Positions 11,659-21,616 of a stretch of 64,000 nucleotides of DNA are shown piece after piece. The DNA lies in the NCBI GenBank assembly GCA_963843575.1, contig CAWJKZ010000010.1, positions 512,001 to 576,000 of the forward strand. Reading direction: 5' to 3'. How positions within the stretch are numbered: the first letter of the stretch is position 1; the number at the start of each line of letters is the position of its first letter. The translations under genes were made by a program, and so were the position numbers. Source of the DNA: an uncultured Acidobacteriota bacterium. Lineage in GTDB: Bacteria > Acidobacteriota > UBA6911. The notes below the pieces were generated by a model that was not told the DNA's origin, did no database searches, and saw only the letters and a list, made by a program, of their open reading frames with translations.

Positions 11659-11980
11659 AAGTGGGTCCGGGCTTCAGAGACTGTCCGACGTTTGACGTTC
11701 AATCGGACGAACTGAAGTAATCTGGAGTGCGGCGCCACGGCCGCCACGGGGCCGCTTTCACTCGTCCTACGGCAGGAATGCTCGGCGCCTCGGCGCCACG
11801 CCGAATTGCGAGAAGCGACCCTGCGACCTCGGCCTTTGGTGGCGTCGAGCGGCCGCACTTCACAATCAACCGTTGGACAGCCTCTTCAGCCCGGACGCTG
11901 TTTGCGGTCGCTATAGCGTGCGCCCGTCGCCACTTAGATCAGATCAAAAGACGTCCGGGCTGAAGCCCGGACCCACTTGT
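11659..11980. repeat. Composite (BIME-like) repeat cluster: family B half, family A multi-palindrome, full family B element
   Basis: aagtgggtccgggcttcag (11659); ctggagtgcggcgcc...gcggccgcacttca (11722-11862); 11884-11980 matches 35417-35513 at 96/97 nt. Confidence 0.88.
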
Positions 11981-12004
11981 CCCTTTTTGGCTGCCTCTCA
12001 CGCC

Positions 12005-14005
12005 TTACGTGACTATGTTGAAGTGCTCGATGTGCAGGGTCGGGTCCGACTTGACCACGACGTCACGCTTCACCAGGTGGCGAATCTCCTCGACGACGGA
12101 AGACTCGGACTCACGCAAGGCCCGGGCCACGTCCGGGTGGACGCGGATCATCAGCTCGGCGCGCCCGTCGACCATGTGCCGCATTTTCTCGATTTCGTGA
12201 TAGATCGTGTAGCAGGTCGTGGCCACGGACTTGACCAGGCCGGAGCCCCCGCAGTAAACGCACGACTGACACAGGGTGCGCTCCAGCGACTGTTTGACCC
12301 TCTTGCGGGTGATCGCCACCAACCCGAACTCGTTGAACTCGAGGATCTTGTTGGGTGCCTTGTCCCGCGTGATCTCCAGTCCCAGAGCCTCCATCACCCG
12401 CTTGCGGTTCTTGCGCTCGTCCATGTCGATGAAGTCGATGACGATGATGCCGCCGAGGTCGCGCAGCCTGATCTGTTTGACGATCTCCTTGACCGCCTCC
12501 AGGTTGGTGCGTGTAATGGTTTCTTCGAGGCTGTTGCCCCGCCCCACGAACTTCCCTGTGTTGACGTCGATCGAGACCAGCGCTTCCGTCTGGTTGATGA
12601 CAATGTAGCCGCCGGACTTAAGCCAGATCTTGGGCTGCAGGAGCTTCTCGATCTCTGGTGAGATGCCGAACTCGTCAAAGATGTATGTGTCCTTCGTGTA
12701 GAGCTTTACCCGGTGAACGAGGTTCGGGAAGATCTTGTCGACAAACTCGACCATGCGCTGGTATTCCGTCTCGTCGTCGACCCGGATCGCCGCGAACTCG
12801 AAGGAGAACTGGTCCCGCAGCAGGCGCTGCACCAGGTTCAGCTCCGAATGGATCAGGGCCGGGGCGGAGACCTTCTCCGAACGCGTGCGTACGTCGTCCC
12901 AGATCTTGACCAGAAAATTCAGGTCGTTGACCAGATCCTCCTCGCTGTGTTCTTCCGCGGCCGTGCGCACGATGACGCCTCCGGGGAAGCCGTTCCGGTG
13001 TTTGAGGATGATGTCCTTGAGACGGATCCTTTCGGCCTCCGAGGCGATCTTGCGCGACACGCCGATGTGCTCGACCGTCGGCATGTACACCAGGTAGCGG
13101 CCCGGCAGGGCCACATGGCTGGTCACGCGGGCCCCTTTCTTTCCGATCGGCTCCTTGGCCACCTGGACGAGGATCTCCTGGCCTTCCCTGAGCATGTCGT
13201 CGATGGACTGGTGCTCCGTGTGGCGGGTGTGGCGCGCGGCCGTGTACCGCTTGCGCCGTGCCGCGGGGCCACGCCTGCGCGCGGCCAATGCGCTATGCTG
13301 CTCCTCGTCGGCGGAGTACGGAGCAAGATCCCCGTCTTCGCGGATGGATGCGCTTTCGAGTGGGGGCAACTCCGCCTGGCCGGCCGGCTCCGGAGAAGCA
13401 AGTGGTTCCTCGGGTGCCCCCGGTTCGGCGGTGGGGGGTTCCGCAACAGTCACCTGTGGCATGGGATCCGGTGAAAGCGTCAGTTCGGCGGGGCAGGGAA
13501 TCGGGGAAGGCTCGGCAAGCTCCGGGTTCAAGAGCGCAGTCCCGGCGGCCCGATCCGTCTCGGCCCCCAGATTGAACAATTCGGCGGGCGGGGCCGCTTC
13601 GGCTGTCGTCGCGGACGCCGCAGGCTGGCGATACCCCTCGCGCTCACGACGTTCTTTCCAGCGTGGCCTTTCCGGGCGGCGTTCGCGCCTCTGCGGTTTC
13701 TCCTGGACCTCTGCCTCCGCCATCACCGTGGCGACCTGCTCCTCGGCATCGGTCAGGACCTTGTCGTACTCCTCGTTGTCCTCGATGAAGTCGGACACAT
13801 ACAGGAACGCGTCCTTCTCCAACCCGATGTTTACGAACGCAGACTGCATCCCGGGCAGGACCTTTGTGACCCGCCCGGTGTAGATGTTTCCGAGAATCCC
13901 GCGGCTCCGGTTTCGTTCGATGTACAGCTCGGCCAATTGATCGTCTTCAAGAATCGCCACCTTCGTTTCCAGCGCCGTGCTGGAGACGATCATCTCCTTT
14001 ATCAT
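12005..14005 (-). CDS. Rne/Rng family ribonuclease with a long low-complexity insertion in the S1 domain
   Basis: GNIYTGRVTKVLPGMQSAFVNIG, ILVQVAKEPIGKKGARVT, IDVNTGKFVG, RLRDLGGIIVIDFIDM and the Zn-link CVYCGG; start MIKEMIVSS at 14005. Confidence 0.95.
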   Translation of the reverse strand: MIKEMIVSSTALETKVAILEDDQLAELYIERNRSRGILGNIYTGRVTKVLPGMQSAFVNIGLEKDAFLYVSDFIEDNEEYDKVLTDAEEQVATVMAEAEVQEKPQRRERRPERPRWKERREREGYRQPAASATTAEAAPPAELFNLGAETDRAAGTALLNPELAEPSPIPCPAELTLSPDPMPQVTVAEPPTAEPGAPEEPLASPEPAGQAELPPLESASIREDGDLAPYSADEEQHSALAARRRGPAARRKRYTAARHTRHTEHQSIDDMLREGQEILVQVAKEPIGKKGARVTSHVALPGRYLVYMPTVEHIGVSRKIASEAERIRLKDIILKHRNGFPGGVIVRTAAEEHSEEDLVNDLNFLVKIWDDVRTRSEKVSAPALIHSELNLVQRLLRDQFSFEFAAIRVDDETEYQRMVEFVDKIFPNLVHRVKLYTKDTYIFDEFGISPEIEKLLQPKIWLKSGGYIVINQTEALVSIDVNTGKFVGRGNSLEETITRTNLEAVKEIVKQIRLRDLGGIIVIDFIDMDERKNRKRVMEALGLEITRDKAPNKILEFNEFGLVAITRKRVKQSLERTLCQSCVYCGGSGLVKSVATTCYTIYHEIEKMRHMVDGRAELMIRVHPDVARALRESESSVVEEIRHLVKRDVVVKSDPTLHIEHFNIVT

Positions 14006-14615
14006 GTTTGGCTCCAATGCACTGCTGATAAACGGCTTCGCGGCGGGATTTGGCGGGACAACCGGCAGTATTCCACGTAGGGGCAAGCCCCTGACGGGAA
14101 ACCGGCGCCCTGGGGGCTGCCGGTGCGGAACACCTGACTCCGACCTTATCGGAGGCCTTGTTTTGTCTTTCGGGTCACCTGCTAAGCAAGTCGTTGATGA
14201 CCGGTCCTGATCCGGATCCAAACTCTCGATGCTCCCCGGGGAAACGGATTATGTCGGTCCGTATTCCTGGCCATCGCCGCCGGGGGAGTCGTCCAAGGCG
14301 CCTCCATAAAGTCGGTAGGGGCGCAAAGTCGTCTCAGGGCCGGGGAAAACCCTGTGTGGTCAAATCTTTCCCCGAAAAACAGATCCCAAAACCGCGAACA
14401 GTCGCTCTTCAGATTCGTGCGAAGTTATGGTTCGTTACCTCAAATTCGACAGACATTTCGGAAGTGCACGCCGGAGCGGCACCAGTCCGGGGGGCGGGGC
14501 GTTTCGGGTTCTGTCATGTGCCCGGAGATCGCCTGTTTCGACTCGCCCGATTCGGACGTTCTTTTGCGCGATCGGCTGCATCGCTGTGCGAGGAAAAATC
14601 CAACCTCGCTCTAAA
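14006..14615 (-). ncRNA. Candidate roughly 610-nt structured 5' leader of the RNase E/G gene
   Basis: Lies between a good promoter and the start codon, with many nested stems (gcgagg/cctcgc, gacaga/tctgtc, ctccccgg/ccggggag, ctccga/tcggag, accggcag/ctgccggt) and no credible ORF. Confidence 0.5.
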
Positions 14616-14621
14616 ACCCCA

Positions 14622-14650
14622 ATGATAGGTGAGTTAGAGGTCAAATGCAA
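14622..14650 (-). promoter_or_regulatory. Putative sigma70 promoter for the RNase E/G gene
   Basis: Minus strand TTGCAT-N17-TATCAT. Confidence 0.6.
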
Positions 14651-14748
14651 CCCAGGAAGTGGGCCGGGGAGGCGGGCAACTGGAAATCCGGGAGGGGGAG
14701 CAGGGTTCCCCGGCGCCGGCGCGAACGGGGCCGGGGCCAATTCATCGC

Positions 14749-15840
14749 TCAGTTGACGTACCTGCGCATGTTGATATTCATGCAAAGGCTCATCGCCGCG
14801 AAAGACGAGATCAGCGCCGACCCCCCGGCGCTCACGAATGGAAGGGGGATGCCCGCGATGGGGAGCAGTCCAAGAACCATCCCGACATTTATGAAGATGT
14901 GAAAGAGGAAGAGCGACAGCACCCCCACTATGATCATTGTCCCGACTTTGTCCTTGGCGTCGCGGGCCGCCCACAGCAGCCGGAAGGACACGAACAGGAA
15001 GAGGATCAGCAGGGCCATGCTGCCTACGAACCCGAGTTCCTCGGCCAGCACGGCGAAGACGAAATCGGTGTGCCGGGCGGGAAGGAACCCGAGTTGGCCC
15101 TGGGAGCCCTGTTTGAATCCTTTCCCGAGAAAACGCCCGGACCCGATGGCGATCTTGGATTGGATCGTCTGGTATCCCAGGTGGCGCGGGTCGTTCGCAG
15201 GATTCAGGACGGTCTGGATGCGTCCCCGCTGGTAGTCCTTGAGCATCAGCCAGCCGAGCGGAGCGGCGATCACCCCCGCCAGCAGCAGCACAATGATGTG
15301 CCTCTGCTTGATCCCGGCCAGAAACGACAGCCCGATGTAAATGGGGATGAATGTGACGGCGGTGCCCAGATCTCCCTGCAGCACAACCAGGAGCATTGGG
15401 GCGAGCACGATCAGGCCGCCGATAAACAGTTCATGCAGGTCGAGTTGTTCGCGGTCCGACTCCGAGTAGTACTTGGACAGCGCGAGAACGACGACGACCT
15501 TCATCAGTTCCGAGGGCTGCACGCCGAATCCCGCCAGGCTGATCCAGCTCTTGTTGCCATGGCTCGTGTGCCCGAAGAAGAGCACCAGGACGAGCACGGC
15601 CAGCCCGGTGAGATAGATGAACGTGATGAAGTCGGAGTAGATGTGGTAGTCGAAGTAAAGCAGGACGGCGAACACGAGCAGGGCCAGACAGACGTAGGTG
15701 AGCTGGCGGCCGAAATAAGAGTTGAGGCTCGTGCCTTCCGTCGTACTCCAGATGGCCGCGACGCCAGCCGCTGTCAGCAGCAGCACGGCGAGCAGCCAGA
15801 GCCAGTCGAAGCTGATCAGAAGTCGCCGGTTGAAGATCAT
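14749..15840 (-). CDS. rodA: Rod shape-determining protein RodA (SEDS family)
   Basis: QPSELMK, QGDLGTA, GYQTIQSKIAIGSG, FLPARHTDFVFAVLAEELG and GIPLPFVSAGGS; start MIFNRR overlaps the mrdA stop. Confidence 0.95.
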   Translation of the reverse strand: MIFNRRLLISFDWLWLLAVLLLTAAGVAAIWSTTEGTSLNSYFGRQLTYVCLALLVFAVLLYFDYHIYSDFITFIYLTGLAVLVLVLFFGHTSHGNKSWISLAGFGVQPSELMKVVVVLALSKYYSESDREQLDLHELFIGGLIVLAPMLLVVLQGDLGTAVTFIPIYIGLSFLAGIKQRHIIVLLLAGVIAAPLGWLMLKDYQRGRIQTVLNPANDPRHLGYQTIQSKIAIGSGRFLGKGFKQGSQGQLGFLPARHTDFVFAVLAEELGFVGSMALLILFLFVSFRLLWAARDAKDKVGTMIIVGVLSLFLFHIFINVGMVLGLLPIAGIPLPFVSAGGSALISSFAAMSLCMNINMRRYVN

Positions 15841-17688
15841 TGATTGCCCCTGGCCGGAACCCCGCCCAGCTGTGTCAAGAGCTCCGGGTGGTCGTGTTTG
15901 GCGAAATAAGCCCGGAAGATTTCCCTGGCCAGCGGCGCGGCCGCGACTCCCCCCTTGCCGCCGTGTTCGACGAATGCGACCACGGCGATTTCCGGGTTGT
16001 CGCGGTTGGCAAAACCGACAAACCACGAATGGTCTTCAAACTCCGAGAGGTCCCCGCGGAACTCCTTCTTGCGCTCGTTGCTCATGACCTGCACTGTGCC
16101 GGTCTTGCCGCAGATATCCAGTCCGGGGATGGCCGCGTTGTGACCGGTCCCCCAGTTGTTGACGCTGCCCCACATTCCTTCCCTGATGTGGCGCGTTCCC
16201 TCGGGATCGAGCTCGATCCGGCGTTCGGGCCACTGCAGGGTCGTGTCTTTCAGACGCTCGGCGCGCAGCAGGACGTGAGGGGTGGTCACATTCCCGCCCA
16301 CGGCGATGGCGCTGATGGCCCGGAGGATCTGGAGCGGCGTCGTCGTGACATACCCCTGACCGATGGAAACCGAGATCGTTTCCCCGGCAAACCACTTCGC
16401 CCCGCGCGCCTGCTGCTTCCACTCGGGGGAAGGCATTACGCCTGTGCGCTCGCCCGGGAGATCGATGCCGGTGCGTTCGCCCAGCCCGAGCTCGTGCGCG
16501 TGCTCGGCGATCTTGCCTATCCCCATGCGTCTGCCGAGCTCGTAGAAGAACACGTTGCAGGACCGGGTGATGGCGTCCTCGACGCCGATCGTGCCGTGCC
16601 CCTGCTTCTGCCAGCAGTGGAATACGCGGTTGTAGAAGACTGCGGCGCCGGAGCAGTGGATCCGCGTATCGTCCTGGACCAGGCCTTCCTGGAGCCCCGC
16701 ATGCGCCATGATGAGCTTGAACACGGATCCGGGGGAATAGGCGTTCTGAATAGCCCGGTTCTGCAGGGGCTTGTCCGGGTCGTTGATGAGCAGGGTCCAG
16801 TCCTGCTCGGAGATCCTGGTCGAGAAATGGTTCGGATCGAACGACGGTGTGCTCGCCATCGCCAGGATCTCGCCGTTGCGCGGATCCATCGCGGCCACCA
16901 CCCCGACTTTTCCGGCGAGCACCTGCTCGGCCGCGGACTGCAGGTCGAGGTCGATCGTGAGCTGCAGTTCCCCTCCGATGGTCGAATCGACCTCCTCCAG
17001 CAGACCGACCTCTCTGCCGAGGCTGTCGACGAGGACTTGACGGCGGCCGTCTTCACCCACGAGGCACTGGTTGTAGACCCGCTCGACGCCCGACTTGCCC
17101 ACCAGATCCCCGGGCTTCAGCCCGGGAAATACGCCGTTGGCGAGGTCCTGTTCCGGGATTTCACCGACGTAGCCGAGGACGTGCGCGGCGAGGTTGCCGT
17201 GCCGATAGAGCCGTCGAGGCTCGGGCCCCAACTGGATCTCGGGGTGATCCCGCTTGTGCGCTTCGACGACCGAAAGGTCCTCGATCCCGATGTCTTCCTT
17301 GATGACCAGCGGCCTGTACAGGCCGCTGCCCCGGCTACGCGCCAGCCGCGCGGCCAAGGTCGTCGGGCCGCACGCCGAGCTTTTGCGTGATGAACGCGGT
17401 CGTCGATGGCAGGTCTTTGATCGACTCCCGGTAGAGCAGGATGTTGAATGAGGGCCTGTTCTCCACGAGGGGGGTGTTGTTGCGGTCGGAGATCGTGCCG
17501 CGCGGGGCGACGATCTGGATCGTCCTGACACGGTTCCGCTCGGCCCGCAGGGCGTACTCGGCCCCGTCGAGGATCTGCAGCTGCCACAGGCGAGCCCCCA
17601 GCAAAAGGAAGAGGCCGGCCATGGGGTAGAAGATCCAAACCAGGCGCTGCTGAATCTGCTGCCTGTTGCTTTCCGGCTGAAGACTCAC
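15837..17688 (-). CDS. mrdA: Penicillin-binding protein 2; one +1 insertion near 17355
   Basis: N-terminal TM, RLWQLQI and APRGTISDRN in one frame; PGSVFK (SxxK), SCNVFFY (SxN) and GKTGT (KTG) in the next frame. Confidence 0.92.
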
Positions 17689-17689
17689 T

Positions 17690-18175
17690 TCAACTTGCTC
17701 TCCGGGCGTGCGACTGGTTGTAGTTGTCGAGGCCGCCGAAGACGACGACTCCGACACTGGCGGTTATGAGCGCCTGGACCAGGGACGCGCCGAGGTAAAC
17801 GCCGCTGAACGTGTGCTGGAGGAGTGCGAAGAGGGCGAACATGCTGAGGGAACTCAGGGCCGAGGACGCGGCAATCAGAACGAAGCGGATCCAGGTCTCC
17901 TCGGTGTTGAAGCGCTTCGCGGCCTGCCCGATCATAAAGGCCGCAAGGGTTTTGCCGAACCCGTTGTATCCGAGCGGCCAGCCAAAGACCGCGTCGAGCA
18001 GGATACCGGTGAGCGAACCCACAAACAGCGCCTGCGTCCGGCTCCGGTAGATCGCCCAATAGGCGATCAGAATCAGTGAGAGGTCGAGGAAGTTGAAGAG
18101 GAAGAAATTGCTGCCCGCGATCATCTGCGCCACGATCGCGAGGAACGAGGACACAGCCAGAAAAACGTACTTCAT
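17690..18175 (-). CDS. mreD: Rod shape-determining protein MreD
   Basis: 161-aa hydrophobic protein with DLSLILIAYW and GILLDA motifs, between mreC and mrdA. Confidence 0.88.
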   Translation of the reverse strand: MKYVFLAVSSFLAIVAQMIAGSNFFLFNFLDLSLILIAYWAIYRSRTQALFVGSLTGILLDAVFGWPLGYNGFGKTLAAFMIGQAAKRFNTEETWIRFVLIAASSALSSLSMFALFALLQHTFSGVYLGASLVQALITASVGVVVFGGLDNYNQSHARRAS

Positions 18176-18232
18176 CGAAGTGCTGCCTGCGCGGACTTAT
18201 GCCACGCCGATCCTGGTGTCAGATGCCAGAAA

Positions 18233-18260
18233 ATTATTGATGAGTTGCGCGCGCGCGCAA
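18233..18260 (-). promoter_or_regulatory. Possible internal promoter for mreD-mrdA-rodA, overlapping the palindrome TTGCGCGCGCGCGCAA
   Basis: AT-rich 149-nt mreC-mreD spacer; minus strand TTGCGC-N16-AATAAT. Confidence 0.35.
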
Positions 18261-18324
18261 AAGCAATGCGATCTTATGACGGAACCGCAGCGAACACAAC
18301 AGTAAACCAACATTAAAATGCAAC

Positions 18325-19197
18325 TTACTTCTCCGCGACAGGGGTTTCGTCGGGGATCGTGGACTCCGGCTTGGCCTGCCCGAGCACGACGAGCACCTCT
18401 TCGAGGTGAATCAGATCGGCGACGGGCGCCACCTGGACGACCCTGAACACCGACTTCCCCTTGCGCGTCTCGACCACACGGCCGACCGGGATGCCCTTCG
18501 GGTAGATTCCATCGAGCCCCGAACTGAGCACGCGGTCTCCCGGTTCGACGCGTTCCGCGTTGCTCAGGTAGTGCAGGTCCAGCATCGTGGTTCCGGTCCC
18601 CTTCAGGATACCGGCGGAGCGTGTGCTCTCGAGCATCACCCCGATGGCTGCGTCGGGGTTGGAAATCAGCTGCACCTGCGAGTCGTGCCGTGACACGAGT
18701 ACGACCCGGCCCACCACGCCCTCGCCGGAGACGACCGGGGAGTCCACCCGCACCCCGTCGTCCGAGCCGCGGTCGATGACCAGGACGTTGGACAGGAAAC
18801 TCGGCGTGCGCCCCACGATGCGGGCGCCTAGGCTCTGCAGGCCCAGCTCCTGGTTGAAGGACAGCAGGCGTTGCAGCCGTGTGTTTTCGTCCTTCATCTG
18901 GGTAAGGGCGCTGTCGCGCAACGTGAGCTGTTGCACCGTCTGTTGGAGTCGCTGGTTCTCCTCCCTCGCCCCGTGCAGCCAAACGTAATTCCGCCAGGCC
19001 GACCCCAGCCCGCGCGAGACGGCCGAAGAGGCGTTGAAAAACGGCGAGCTGGCGAACAACACCCATCGGTTGAACAGCAGTACGCCCGAGGGGTCCTCGA
19101 CCTGCAGCGAGATGAGGGCCAGGTGCAACACGAGCAGCGGGATCAGGACGATCACAGAGCGTCCCTCCCGCTCCTGCGGGGCAAACTCAATGGACAC
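18325..19197 (-). CDS. mreC: Rod shape-determining protein MreC
   Basis: TM helix and coiled coil (ENTRLQRLL), IDRGSDDGV, SSGLDGIYPKGIPVGRV. Confidence 0.95.
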   Translation of the reverse strand: MSIEFAPQEREGRSVIVLIPLLVLHLALISLQVEDPSGVLLFNRWVLFASSPFFNASSAVSRGLGSAWRNYVWLHGAREENQRLQQTVQQLTLRDSALTQMKDENTRLQRLLSFNQELGLQSLGARIVGRTPSFLSNVLVIDRGSDDGVRVDSPVVSGEGVVGRVVLVSRHDSQVQLISNPDAAIGVMLESTRSAGILKGTGTTMLDLHYLSNAERVEPGDRVLSSGLDGIYPKGIPVGRVVETRKGKSVFRVVQVAPVADLIHLEEVLVVLGQAKPESTIPDETPVAEK

Positions 19198-20212
19198 AGA
19201 TCCTCCGGAGCAACCTCAGGTCCGTCAGCATCTTGCTTGTCCCCAGGACCACCGAAGAGAGCGGGTCCTCCGCAATGAACACGGGGAGTCCGGTCTCCTC
19301 GGCCAGGCGCTTGTCGAAACGCTTCAGGAGTGCGCCCCCGCCGGTCAGGACGATGCCACGGTCCATGATGTCGGCCGACAGTTCGGGGGGAGTCCGCTCC
19401 AGCGCCACTTTGATGGCGTTGATGATGATGGCGATGCTGTCGCTCAGCGCGTCGCGGATCTCGTCGTCGGTGATGGCGATCGTCTTGGGCACGCCCTCGA
19501 TCAGGTTACGCCCCTTGATCTCCATGGTCAGCGGTTTTTCGAGCGGAGCCGCCGAACCCAGCTGGATCTTGATGCTCTCCGCTGTGCGCTCGCCGATCAG
19601 GAGGTTGTGCTTCCTCTTGATGTACTGCATGATCGCCTCGTCCATTTCGTTGCCCGCCACCCGGACCGAGCGGCTGTAGACGACACCGGAAAGCGAGATC
19701 ACCGCGATGTCGCTGGTGCCGCCCCCGATGTCCACGATCATGTTTCCGCACGCCTCCGTTATCGGCATGCCGGCCCCGATGGCCGCGACCATCGACTGCT
19801 CGACCAGAAACACCTCGCTCGCCTTGGCGCGCAGCGCGGATTCCTGGACGGCGCGCTTCTCCACCTGGGTGACTTCCGAGGGGATGCCGATCACGATGCG
19901 CGGGCTCAGCAGGTGATTGCGCTTGTGCGCCTGCTTGATGAAGTACTTCAGCATCACCTCCGTGACATCGAAATCGGCGATCACGCCGTCTTTCATCGGC
20001 TTGACCGCGATGATGTCGGCCGGGGTCCGCCCGAGCATCTCTTTTGCTTCGTGCCCTACCGCGACCGCCCGTTTCGTGTTCCGGTCCAGCGCCACGATCG
20101 ACGGTTCGTTGACGACGATCCCCCTACCCTTGGCGTAAACCAGCGTGTTGGCGGTCCCGAGGTCAATCGCGAGATCATTTGAGAAAAAACCAAATACGGA
20201 TCGAAAGCTCAT
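19187..20212 (-). CDS. mreB: Rod shape-determining protein MreB
   Basis: IDLGTANT, EPSIVA, DGVIADF, DIGGGTSD and LTGGGALL motifs. Confidence 0.97.
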   Translation of the reverse strand: MSFRSVFGFFSNDLAIDLGTANTLVYAKGRGIVVNEPSIVALDRNTKRAVAVGHEAKEMLGRTPADIIAVKPMKDGVIADFDVTEVMLKYFIKQAHKRNHLLSPRIVIGIPSEVTQVEKRAVQESALRAKASEVFLVEQSMVAAIGAGMPITEACGNMIVDIGGGTSDIAVISLSGVVYSRSVRVAGNEMDEAIMQYIKRKHNLLIGERTAESIKIQLGSAAPLEKPLTMEIKGRNLIEGVPKTIAITDDEIRDALSDSIAIIINAIKVALERTPPELSADIMDRGIVLTGGGALLKRFDKRLAEETGLPVFIAEDPLSSVVLGTSKMLTDLRLLRRICVH

Positions 20213-20218
20213 GACACC

Positions 20219-21616
20219 TTACACAGCCACTTTGATGCTGTTTTTGGAAAGCTCCTTTGCCCGGTACATCGCGGCGTCGGCCTTCTTTATCAGGCCCTCG
20301 GCCGTCAGCGTGTGCTTGGGGCAATTGGCCACACCGAGACTCACCGTCAGCCGGATACTCAGATTCTTGGCGGTGAATTCGTAATCTTCTACCTTTTTTC
20401 GGATGCGCTCCGCAATGATCAATGCGCCGTTGAGCGGAGTTTCGGGCAGGACGATCACAAACTCGTCCCCTCCGTAACGTCCGACGATGTCGGTCTCCCG
20501 CAGAATCCTCCGGAACACCTGCCCCATCTCCGCCAGCGCGTGACTTCCGACGAGATGACCGAAAGTATCGTTTATCCGCTTGAATCCATCAACATCAATG
20601 AACAGAAGCGACACCTTTTTCTTGTACCGGAGGCAGCGTTTCACTTCCGCCTCGAGGAACTGCATCAGGAAACGGTAATTGTACAACCTCGTGAGGTCAT
20701 CCGTAACCGTCAGTCGCTCCGCATTTTCGTACATCGAGATGCTGCGGGCCGCGACCGCCACGGGGCCCGCCAGCGCCTGAAGAAACGACAGCTCCTGCTC
20801 TCCGAAACCGCCGCCTTGATGGTTGAGGACCTCGATAACCCCGGCCTTCTCGCCGCGCCGCTGCAGCGGCACACACATGACGGAGCGGAGGAAAACGCCC
20901 GCGGGGCTGAACGGCACTTTCAGTTCGAATGCATAACGGTTGTTCACGTACGGCTCGCCTGAACGGAGGACGCGCTCCAGGATGGCGCTGTTCGCCTGGT
21001 AGTCGAAGAGGTCGATGTCCCTGATGTTGCCGGTCCCCCATGCCCTCTGGAGGGCCCCCCCGGGGGTGTCCAGGAGATAGACCAGGCATTCCTCCGTGTT
21101 CAGTCTCCGGGCGAGCTTCTGCAGAAGCAGGTTCATCCCGAGCCGTCTGTCGTTCAGGCTCCACGACGATTCGACCGTGTTGACGAACGCCTCAAAGAAC
21201 TCCTGCAGCTCGTCGCACCGCTGACGCACGGCCACCAGGTCGCGCCGGTCCTCCTTCAGGGCGGCGTAGGTCTCCAGCAGGTGCTCGGCCATCGAAACCG
21301 TCATCGGGAACTGCACGAGCGGCACTTCGTCGTGACGAGCCAAGACCCCCGTCGAATCCGGCTGCGCCGAACTGCGGTACCCGATCACCGCCGCCCCGGG
21401 GAAAGCCGCCGCAAGCCTCGGAACCATGTCCGTCTCGTGACGGGCGGGGAAAAACACCGCAAGAAAATCTTCGCGCGCGGCGGGCCGCTCGATCTGTAGC
21501 GAACCCTCCTCGATAAACTCCAGCGGCCAGGGAGCGATCTCGGGCGCCACGTCGTCAAAGACGTGCGGCGCCCGCCCACTGTAGATAACCCCGACTCTCG
21601 ATAGCTCCACGTTCAT
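20219..21616 (-). CDS. GAF-GGDEF diguanylate cyclase with a degenerate receiver-like N-terminus
   Basis: GAF (SVMCVPL..GVIEVLN), DDLTRLYN, FKRINDTFGH, RETD I-site directly before RYGGDEF, ADAAMYRAK; stop is 6 nt from the mreB ATG. Confidence 0.93.
   Translation of the reverse strand: MNVELSRVGVIYSGRAPHVFDDVAPEIAPWPLEFIEEGSLQIERPAAREDFLAVFFPARHETDMVPRLAAAFPGAAVIGYRSSAQPDSTGVLARHDEVPLVQFPMTVSMAEHLLETYAALKEDRRDLVAVRQRCDELQEFFEAFVNTVESSWSLNDRRLGMNLLLQKLARRLNTEECLVYLLDTPGGALQRAWGTGNIRDIDLFDYQANSAILERVLRSGEPYVNNRYAFELKVPFSPAGVFLRSVMCVPLQRRGEKAGVIEVLNHQGGGFGEQELSFLQALAGPVAVAARSISMYENAERLTVTDDLTRLYNYRFLMQFLEAEVKRCLRYKKKVSLLFIDVDGFKRINDTFGHLVGSHALAEMGQVFRRILRETDIVGRYGGDEFVIVLPETPLNGALIIAERIRKKVEDYEFTAKNLSIRLTVSLGVANCPKHTLTAEGLIKKADAAMYRAKELSKNSIKVAV

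Noticed and set aside
11727-11963. Short ORFs in repeat-rich intergenic regions (also 21736-22346 and 35283-35672) and recurring LECGG peptides
   Set aside because: Mostly translations of the repeats and hairpins themselves (CTGGAGTGCGGC encodes LECG); I saw no convincing SD or family motifs.
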